Source: Yuukianura sp. NJ FZ-2021 (lineage: Eukaryota). Taken from it: a DNA stretch of 64,000 nucleotides. Below the pieces are notes generated by a model. That model did not search any database and had not been told where the DNA came from. It saw only the letters and a list, made by a program, of their open reading frames with translations. The position numbers and the translations under genes are program-made. The stretch lies in the NCBI GenBank assembly GCA_046563655.1, contig CM102283.1, positions 6,758,001 through 6,822,000 of the forward strand. Reading direction: 5' to 3'. This document shows positions 54,326 to 64,000 of this stretch, piece by piece (positions within the stretch are counted from its first letter, which is position 1; each line of letters begins with the position of its first letter).

Positions 54326-56938
54326 CTACACAACTCCAACTTGTGCAAGCTCCTCTTGAACACGCGTAAGGTACGTCGGATCAGGGTACCCGTAGGACTG
54401 GACACCTCCAGCGATAGACGTTTTATGATGAATGTTCCAAACGAGAACGTTTTGAGCCCCAGTGGTAGCACTCGTTCCAAAGACAAAGATGAGACGACGA
54501 TCAAAAGCAACTTTGAGCAGTTCAAGGACCTTCAAGCCTTCTGGAGAACCAGGAATGTACGCCGTTCGGTTAATTCCTCCAGTTCCACGAACGTAGTACT
54601 GGATGCTGTAAGTTGAGTAGTTCCCGTGTCCTGGAGTGGCGATTCCCTTCATTTCAGTTACAGTCATGGATCCATCGGGACATGTACCAATTTCCACACC
54701 AGTGACAGCTTTACAGAATGGACACTTTAGGAACGTATGCTTGGTGCCGGACATGGTGGTACCAGAAGTCTGCATGTAATCGTGGCACGGGACGCACAAC
54801 TTATGCTCACATTTGAGCTTCTATAAAATAAAACAATCCAAAAATCCAATTAAATATCACATTAATATCTTCATTAATCGTTAATTTGAATAAGATCAAC
54901 AAATATAACAAATCTTACCCGCCAATATTGAGTAGCCGAGGGGTAATCCACGCAACAAATTGTGCATTCCTCTTCAGCTCCATTCGGATCAGCATCAGGT
55001 ATGGAAGGCAAAGTCGCTGCAGGTTCAGCCTTCCGCTTCCCCTTCGACCGCGTTCCTTTGCTGCTTGACGATTTTGTACTGCCATCTGAATCTGACCCTG
55101 AACTGGGCTTGTCCAGTTTGATTTTCTTGAGAACTGAAGTAGAGGAACTGCTGGAAGTAGTAGCAATGCTTAGTGTTTGAGTAGCCGCACTCGATTCGAG
55201 TCCAAGAATAAGAGCATCAATTGTTTTTTCGACGTCGTAGTCAAATGATTTCAGCATCTCCAGGTTCTTTGCATCATCCGTAAATCCCAGCTCTGTAAGC
55301 ATGCTCAGCTTTACAGCCAATGATTCTTCTTCGTCTTCTTTCTGTTGTTGGGCTGAGTTGGCCCCAGAATCAGCTGTTTTGTCCTTATCGTTGACAGCGC
55401 CCATCTTGTTGTCCTTGACTTCTTCGTCTCCCTCCATTTGAGAAAAGATTGTTTGAGCAAAGAAAGGCCAAGCGACAGTTCCCGTAGGCGGTGGCATGGC
55501 AACACTAGTGCTTTGTTGTGTCCATGCAAAAGGCGGACTTTTGCTTCTCCAAGGTGCATTGGCATCCCCTCCTGCAGTTTTTGTTGGTCCCATGGAATAT
55601 GCGATGGTGTAGAGAGGGCAGCAATGGTAACGATTGTAAATCACATATTCATTGGCATGACTCGGACGTCCAGTAATAGAATCAAAAAATATATCCATGT
55701 GATTCCGTTGTTGATCCTTCTGTTTAGTCGGTTCTCGTACCATTGTATTTTTACTTGCCAAGTTGTCGACGTTAAGGCAATCTCCAAGAAGAACCATGAA
55801 GAGAAACAGTGTTCTATGCTGGTCATACTGGGCAGATTTGAGGGGATCATCTGCAAAGTAAATTCCACGTCCAAGTAGGCCACCAACAGCATTTCCGAGC
55901 CGCTCGTCAAGCCCCTGAGACAAAATAGCTTCCATATCCCCTCGAGTTCCATGGAATAGTAGGGCAACATTGTCAGAATAATCTGTGGCGAGAGACGGAT
56001 TCTTGTCAAAATTGGTATTCACGTGTACGCGATGAAGCAATTCGTCTTCTGGTAGGCCCAAATCTCCAAGCAGTGTCAAATCTTCAACTTTGCGGCTCAT
56101 TAGATCTTTCCTAGTTTGTGCAAACTTCCTCCAGAGTTCCGGATTCACGATGCGATTAATGGCAGTCACTTTTAAGTGTGGCTCGACTAGGTTTGCCAAA
56201 GCTCCATACTCAAATGACGTCTTGGGCACAGGAATAGTGTGATATGGAGCGATGACATGGATTGCCTGGTTATAAGATGCTTCCCAGTTAGGTGGCACGG
56301 CTGGTCGCGCCTTGACCTCATACTGGGCCAGAAGAGTCTGCGGTGCTGGAGCGGGTATTGGAAGCTGAGAATCGGCAAGACCAGGAACAAATGTGCTACT
56401 GGCTACTAACTTCTTCCTTCCTTTTTGCGTCTTCTTGATGGTTGCTGGCTGTGTTAGTGTAGGAAGTGCTGATGGAATAGCTGCTGGTGGCGCAGTGACA
56501 ACGTGACCATTAGTTGCAGCCGCTGAGTTTAGAAACTGCGCGTTTAGAAACTGCGCGTTTAGAAGACCTTGAAATGGATTTGGTGCAGTGTTTGCTGCAT
56601 AAGTGTATGGGTTGTTGCCATAGCTCGCGATAGTAATCCCAGGATAACTTGGTGCTGATGGATTAGCAGGCACTGGAGCATAGGCTAGCGAGCTGGAGGT
56701 TCCATTCGAGCCCTGTTTTTGTAACGTTAAACAAAACACAACGTCGTTAGTTTCCGTCCTGCTCTACCTTATTATGCTCTATTCGGAATCAGAACTTATG
56801 TGATCTCCACAACATTGGACTTACGCTTCCATTAGTACTAGCAGCTGCTGGTGGCAGCGGCAAAGACATTGTATTCTTAATTGCACGTTCTATAGAATCT
56901 TCGTAACGCTTAGATTTATCGTTTGCTGACTTTGACAT
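54326..56938 (-). CDS. PARP-type ADP-ribosyltransferase + UBA + RING + Deltex C-terminal (DTC) fusion protein, ~800 aa; exons 56938-56825, 56712-54919, 54820-54326
   Basis: ART motifs LLFHGT / GRGIYFA / NEYVIYN. UBA-like LSMLTELGFTDDAKNLEML...DVEKTIDAL. C3HC4 RING split by a phase-0 intron. DTC motifs RTAYIP...AFDRRLIF..GTS.TTG...WNIHHKTS...YGYPDP.YL.RVQEEL. Confidence 0.88.
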
Positions 56939-58461
56939 TACGCAAAGGGAGAAACCTATCAATTGTATAAACAAAATTGCTATAAAAAACTCATAATTAA
57001 CCAAAAAAGTGATATTTTTAGGGTCTTTCCTTACCACTTGATTCTCCAGAACCGCTTCTTCGTTTAATTCGAGTACTTCAATTTAGGTTGAAGAAATCAT
57101 TCATCCAAGAATAAAAAAATTCAAGTTTCTCCCACAACAAAAGGCAGACGTCAACTCACATGCAGCATACAAAGTAATCGATCACTATACGTAAAGAATT
57201 CAATCAATATTTAGATTACTTGACTTTTTAAGAATACAAGTAAGGGTAAAAAGTGTCACGACGAAAATAATTACCTTCAGGACCGGCATCAATGACCACA
57301 GACAGACATCACAATAATTCTTTCTCGACTATCAGTTCCGCCAGTATAAATCGCCCTGGTCGCGATAATTCACTTAATTAATCGCTGAATACCCCTCGTA
57401 CAATGTAGCAGGCCGGTTAGTTGTTGTCTGTCCGCGTTAGTGTCCGATCGTCCTTTGTCCTTGTCCAGTCCGGGGTCCTTATTAACTTCTGGTTCTCAAT
57501 TTATCTCAATCTCCTCAAGGAACAACAACAAATCCTAAAACTTTTGTGTCCATCTAAAAGTCCCATGGCAAGTCAGTTCGTCACCTGATTACTAGTCCAG
57601 ACAGCAGAATTGAGCATCTTACCTCTTATCCCAATGACATATTACCTAGTAATTAAATCAAGCAAGTAAGCATTATTAATATTTAACTTAAGCAATAGCA
57701 TCAACGTAAAACTACGATATTATATAATTATTTAAGATATTAATCAAATTTAGCACTTCATGTTTCACCTGCCAGAGAGTTGTACGGGTGACACTGTATG
57801 GGATTTGGTGAGCTTCTGGAGAGACCAGTCTACAATAACGAACGATTTGTGAAACAAATTCTATTACGAATTTCCCGCTTTTCTTAGCTTAGCGTCCTTC
57901 TGCTTAACGTTACTACTTTTAGAATAATAAGTTTATTTTAATAAATATAGTTATAATTAAAATAATTAAATAAATACACTAATTTCAAATTTTAAGTCCT
58001 AATTTAAATAACGACGAACGCCTCATATTTAGTGATTTTTTAAAAATTGTTCTGACTTGTCTGGATTAGTTTGATTAAGTTAGTGAAAGCTACTTTATAA
58101 TCTGATTCATGCCTGTCTCCGTGTGCGTGTGTCCAGGTTGGAATGTTATTGATTTTACCGTAGGAATGAATCCATTCCTTCGAATTTGTTTAATTTGATT
58201 TATTACGTCTTGGATATATAAATGAAGTAATTAGGAAGTTACAAACTAAAATAAATTAATCATGGTACAAACGCTTAATTTTTAGAGATGAAGACAACAA
58301 AAGGACAGGGAATGACAAATGAGATCGGAATAACCTCTGAAACTGGACTCCTTGGATGACACGAAGTTTGGTGTGGTGACCTTTGACCTTTTGAAGAACT
58401 AAGGAGGTCATCATGCTAGTTATTGTACTTTTGTTAGTTTGTTGACACTTGAAAGTATAGT

Positions 58462-61400
58462 TCATCGGACACGACCTGAGGGAGACCTTAAGTGTGACCG
58501 AATGTGACCTGTCCTTGTGTCTACCGGTTCTTGGTCTTGGCTCCTTCCACGCCTATTTCTACCCCAACGAGAGTGGTGTTTCAGTTGGGCCAAATACCTG
58601 AAATGAGTAAAAGTTATTAAACATTATTTAATTACTTAATTAACTTTCACTAGAATAAGTTAATAATTTTAGACTAAAGAAGCATAGCATGGCTAGTTGA
58701 AAACGTTCCACATTCAAAAAAAGTTAAATGAAAATAGAACAAGACAAGTTAGACAAGACAAGGAGAAATTTTCTAAAATGTCAAAAGCTTAGATCGTCAG
58801 CGACAGGTTAGGAAGTCATGCACATGCGCTTGTTAAGTAGCGTCGAAATTTTGAATTTTTGAAATTGGGAGGAATGTGCTGGTGATGGGATTAGTTAATT
58901 GAGTTTTTAATTAATTAATTAGTTATAGAAACTTTGGTACCTGCAATTTTATAAAGCTTTTCTTCTTCTTTAATTTTTTTGGACAAATTTTTCAGTTTAT
59001 TCTCAACTGTGAGCTACACTTTGCAAAAATGAAAACAAAAATCAACTGTGGCTGTGACCTTAAAAGTATTTCTAGAAAATGAAAAACTTGAAAAATTCTA
59101 AATTTTTGAAAATGTGTGTTAGTGGCTAAGGTGCTGCAAAATTGACTCGTTAAAATAATTTCCAAATTCTAATTTTTTTTTGCTTACTGAAGGAAGGAAG
59201 AGAAGGTGAACAGTGTTGATCGTACGGGTTACGCAAATTTCCTTTGTTTCGGAGGGAGAATTTGAAAAAATTAAAATTTGAACAGGAATTTTCAAAAACA
59301 CAAAAAGTTGAAAACGATTTAGGACAGACAAAAAGGACAAAAATTGTGCAAAGAGGATTAAGAAAATAGTTGAATTTAGAAAAGACAAAATTCTTGCCAA
59401 TTTTTGAAGATTTTTGATTTTTTAGAAAAGTTTAAAAAATCCAATGCCAGAAATTCTTGGGGTCAATCAAGTATCATATAAGAAGGGTTTAAAAAAGTTA
59501 AAAGTCAAACTTGTTAAAATGTTAAAAAGTTAAACGTAGTAAGTAATTAGAAGATAAAAGTTAATATTTGAAAATCCAAAAAGAAAACTATTATGCCGTT
59601 TTTTCTGTTAGATTACCGTTCGTTTTTTTGTTTCCTATTTTCTTCGACTCTTGTTCTGCTCACAACGGAAATTGACCTGCGTTCTAAAAAAAAATGTTCA
59701 GAACAAAAATAAGTCTCATAATTTTGATTTTTTTTTCATTCAAGAATACAATGGATCGTTGGTTCCACATGGTGATGCATGACGAAAAAAGAACAACATC
59801 AAAGTGAAAGTGCAGTTTTCACAGAACAGACAAAATCAATAACTTTTTTTTACTGTTTGTTTAACTGGGCGTTGCCTTTCTCTGTGTGTCAATTCGACAG
59901 CCAAAATCAATCAAATGGCGCCGATGTGACGCATTTTTCAAAGAAAAAAATTTTTTTGAAACAAATTGTAATTAAATTATAACCCAAACTTTAAAAAAAA
60001 ATGATGAAAGGTACTTGATTTCACCTTTAACTTTTCAGTCACCGTTACGCATGCGTATAGCTCTCAATCATTTCAATCCAGGTACAGTTTAGTATCACTC
60101 AAGAACTCAACATTGAAGCAATTTAAGAAAGACGCATTTTTTCAAAAAATTTCGCCAAAATTTTTTCCCGCAATTTCGTTCAATAAATTTCTCCAAATTT
60201 TTCTTTGTTCAAAATATCGGCGGTAAAAGCCTTTTAGCCCCATTTAAAATTGAAGGCTTTTCGTGGCATTAAGGCTCAAACTTTTTAAGGCTAAATACAC
60301 CACCCGAGCCCATAGAATTTGAAAATTGTCTTTTAACAGTTTTTAGGTCTTTTTGAAATTTGAAATTTGTTTGAAAATTAACTTTTTTTTTTGTTTGATT
60401 TGAATTTTGAATGTTAAGTGCGCCTATTTTCAAAAGTGGTGATTGGAAAAGTGATGGAGGGGATTGAAGGAGGCGAGAGAAGGGCGGTGGTGGGAATGAT
60501 ACTGCTGGAGTGGATATGAAGAGGCGGAGTTTGGGTGGGAATGATGGTGGGACTGATGGTGGTTGTGGTGGGGCTGATGAACAAGGTGATGGTCAAGACC
60601 AGCACGACTAAGACGGGGGAGGGCAGAAGAGTAGCGAGTGGGGACTTCCTCTTCCGGTGGCGGTCCTTGAAAGCGCCTTCAACAGACACAAGGAACAAAC
60701 AAAACATAAAATTTTGACATCAAAAGTAATATTTTCCAATTTTACGAAAAACACGAAACAAGAAATTGAAACTCAAAGTAGCATCCAATGACGCAAAATA
60801 AGTCAACATACTCTGATACTATTCTAAAAAATGTCAAAGGTCAAAGGTCGTCACAACTCATGCGCAGTGGCCCAGCCAAAACGCAGAGTTTTCTTTTTCA
60901 AAAATTTCTCAAAAAATTGAAACTAAAGAATAATACTCAAGACGTTACAAATATACTAAACATTTACATGGAAGCAAAGTTTTCTTTTGGTAGTTTAAAA
61001 TTTAGCGCCAAATGATATCTCAGTTTTTGTATAAAATTTTTAACTTTTTTGAAAAAACAAACCTGATACAACGGGTGATGTAGTCGGGCCAATTTTCTGG
61101 CAGCAGAACAACACAGAATCCAATGGAAATCGTCAGGATTCCTGCGAGCCTCATGTCCAAAAAGGTGAAGCCGTACAAGTAAATATCCAAAGCTGAAATT
61201 TTGAAAAAAAATGAAATTTCGAAAAATTGTGCAAAAAGAAAATGAGAAGCATCAAATTTGACAACAATTGATAGGTGATTGATGTACCTGCGGATACTGG
61301 AATGGCAAAAAGTAGTCCGACGGTAATGAAAAACTCGAATGTACAAGTAACCCCAAAGTTGTCCAGCATGGATACCACTGAAAATCAATTCCGTACATGT

Positions 61401-63874
61401 CAATGTCAGGATTAATTGAAGTTAGACTATGCATGTATAACCTAATCTTCACCTAATTGTACAAGGTTAGTTCAGTATTAACTTACGGAGAAAGCAACCC
61501 ACAGCCATTCCAACCAGGTCCCATGGCACGACTGGCCAAATGATGACCTCGACCCCAGTAAAGTACAAGGTCACGAAGATGGGCCACAGGATGACCACAG
61601 ACAGAAGTCCAATCACTGAGAAAATGAGAGCCACTTGCTGCGAAATAGTGGCGCCAAATCCAAACGACTTTTTCAAACTAACCTGAAAGCGTCAAATTTC
61701 AAAAGTTACGCAAAAAAAAAGTCCGCTAAAATTTCAGAAAAGTCAAGTTCAAAATTTCCCGCTTACTTTGAATACTGCTGCACATCCAGCCGATGCTGCC
61801 GCCAGAATAACGTAGCCCATCGTTTCGGACTTGTGTGTCTGACCGTCCATGTAGGCCAGTAGAGCAATTCCCATGTTGCTCAGGATGACGGCCATGATCT
61901 AGAAATTTAAAATTTCGAAAATTTCACAAATTCAAAAAATATTTTTTTTTTCAGAAATCTTACCCTGACTCCGACAAATTGCTGATGGAGGATGACCCAT
62001 GACAGAACATAGGAGAAAGACGTAGTGGTTGCGAAAAGTGCAAGTACTTCGGTCGCTCGAAGTTTACGAAGGGCTGCTAGTAACAAATAGTTTGTAGCCA
62101 ACCATAGGCAGCACAGGGCAGCACATCGTCCCAGAAATTGAACTGAAACCAAAAATTTTTGAAATTTTCAAAAAATTTCAAAAAACATTTTCTGCCAAAC
62201 TTTTTTTGACACTTACAGAGTGTCATTCCGCGTTCCCGGAATCCTTGAACAGCATCTGAGATGGCTCTGGACATAGTTTTCGGTCCTTTTCGGCCCATAC
62301 AGGAACAGAACCTGACGGTCAACTGATGTACGGGGTAGAAGAACATTGTAGATGCAGTGAGGAGCCATGCTGTAAAAAAGGGGGCGTTATACACTAGTCG
62401 GGTGTGGTCAACTGCTGGAGCGGGGGGCATTGTGGTCAGTTCAGTGGTCCTTTGGATACGCAGGTTATAGAGGGAGTTCCCCTCGGGGGACAAGTAGTGC
62501 GTGTAGGGAGATATTGTGACCCCATCTAGGTCAGTCGTCGTAGGTTCAACTCCTGTCATGGGGTCAAAGTTCAAGGCGTGGTGATTGGCTGCGAACAGTT
62601 CAGTTGTCATGTAAGCTCTCTTGATGGCATGGATAATCGTTGTCCAACAGAAACCAACCACCAGGGACAGAAACGCTCCGCAACATAACTAGGAATATTC
62701 AACAAGTTAAACAAATTAGGCTCTTATCGATTTGTAATTTGGCATAATTGACCAATTTGCAAAAAAAAAAATGGAAAGGAAAGAAAAAACGGAAGAAAAA
62801 AGTTCGCAGCTTTGAAAAAATCAACCCAGCCGTTTCAAGTGTTTACTATTTTTGTGGAAATTTCGCTAATGGCGAGCTCGACTAAAAATTGGGAAAACAA
62901 GTCATCAAAGTTTCAAAATCTTAATTTGCGGCCGTCAAATTGCAAAAAGTAAAATTTTGCAAGAAGACCCACAAAAAAAGTTCAAATAAAGGCATGAAAA
63001 TCATGCAAACTAAAAAATTAACAACAAAATCCCAAAAACTCAAATTTTATCATATGGATTTCTTAAAACAAATTTTCTCACACGGAAATTTAAAAAAAAA
63101 TGAAATTGTGTTACAAATTTTTCAGGACAAATATTTTGTGAATTTTTTAACTAAAATCATGTAAAAAGTGTTACACATCACAAACAAAGTTGAAACAGTC
63201 GAATGAAAAATTCAAAACCGAGAAATTGTGTCACAAAAATCCAGAAATAGCAAAAACTAGCACTGCCAAATATTTTTTCGCACTTTTTTGTTTACCTTTC
63301 TAGCCGTTTTACTGAAAATAGCTCTCCGAATAATTCCGAACGTTTTGGCAATAGGTTTCAAATTGGTATTGTTATTGTTATTATTATTATGATGTCCACT
63401 GTCTCTGCCATCCCTGTGAGGGGGATGACTATGCAGTCCTCTGTCGAACGACGACTGATGAATCAGTGAACTCTCCAGTGTCACAATGGCATTTGTGTTA
63501 CTTTGGGCTTGGACGTCCGCTAACAGTGGAACGCTGGATGCTGACGTGCCAGACCCAGCCGAACTGAGTCCAGTCCGTCGTCCACTAGTACTTTCCCCAC
63601 CACTCATTGGTCCATTAGTCCCACCACCACCAACTGATCTGTCAAATGTAACTGCCCGATGGACGGGATAGTTGTAGTCGTCACCGTCATCGTCCGTTAC
63701 AACTACAGACGGATTCCGTGTCCGTCCATGACTGCCTTCACCAAATAGTTGACTAACAGCAGCCGAATTTCTTCTGAGTTTTCTCGGATTGAAAATTGCT
63801 GAAATCCCTCCAGACACTTCAGAGAGCCGACGAGATCGGCCACCCACTGACGGTTGCTGCCCGTCGTTACTCAT
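58462..63874 (-). CDS. SLC35F3/4: SLC35F3/F4-like (putative thiamine) transporter, multi-exon; last exon 58597-58462
   Basis: YNAPFF..W, LWLATNYL...AL.KL.AT.V.ALFAT..SF.Y.LSW..LH.QF.GVR, ALLAYMDG, LLPENWPDYITR, and C-terminal RTGHIRSHLRSPSGRVR*. Confidence 0.88.
60430..60676 (-). CDS. Candidate alternative His-rich terminal exon of the SLC35F gene
   Basis: The AG acceptor is in phase 2 with the donor at 61062. The exon has 81 open codons ending in TGA and encodes 18 His. Confidence 0.5.
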
Positions 63875-64000
63875 TTTGTACTCGGAAGAGGCGGACGAGG
63901 GGAGTTCGTTAGGTTCTAATGGGTTTTAGGTTGGTTAGGTTTAGTAGGTTTTGTGTCCAAATGGCTTTTGGCTTGGTCCTAATCCAAATTTTGGCACATG

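Noticed and set aside
56528-56565. 15-bp tandem duplication (LNAQF x2) in the PARP fusion
   Set aside because: Trivial in-frame slippage in a low-complexity N-terminal region.
60414-60707. 97-aa Thr/Pro/Ile-rich ORF from the track
   Set aside because: Non-ATG start, and out of phase with the upstream SLC35F donor. The His-rich frame fits the splice phase instead.
63905-63950. TTAGG-like words suggesting a telomere (also ~16158 and ~43216)
   Set aside because: Only 2-3 degenerate units with no tandem array.

Overview
This is AT-rich, gene-dense eukaryotic DNA with short GT-AG introns, most likely from an arthropod (sNPF gene, Patronin-type CKK domain, scattered TTAGG-like words). The species cannot be named from the sequence alone. 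I assembled spliced gene models by eye. In order along the window they are: a short CKK-domain (Patronin/CAMSAP-like) gene; an sNPF precursor; a membrane-anchored thioredoxin-like gene; PDIA5 with a nested GAS8/DRC4-like gene; MCM6; two tandem SLC13/Indy transporters; a phospholipid scramblase; a ZC2HC1 zinc-finger gene; RSPH4/6; ITPA; PPOX; a secreted, probably GPI-anchored Cys-rich protein; a PARP-UBA-RING-Deltex-C fusion; and SLC35F3/4. The most striking feature is the ~800-aa protein joining an H-Y-E ADP-ribosyltransferase domain to a UBA and a DTX3L-like RING-DTC ligase, a possible self-contained ADP-ribose/ubiquitin writer. Other notable points are a partial PDIA5 duplicate with a new TM anchor and a CxxS site, a metallothionein-like N-terminus on RSPH4/6, RFX X-box-like motifs upstream of the axonemal genes, and a His-rich alternative last exon of SLC35F. 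All family calls come from motif recognition; no database searches were run.
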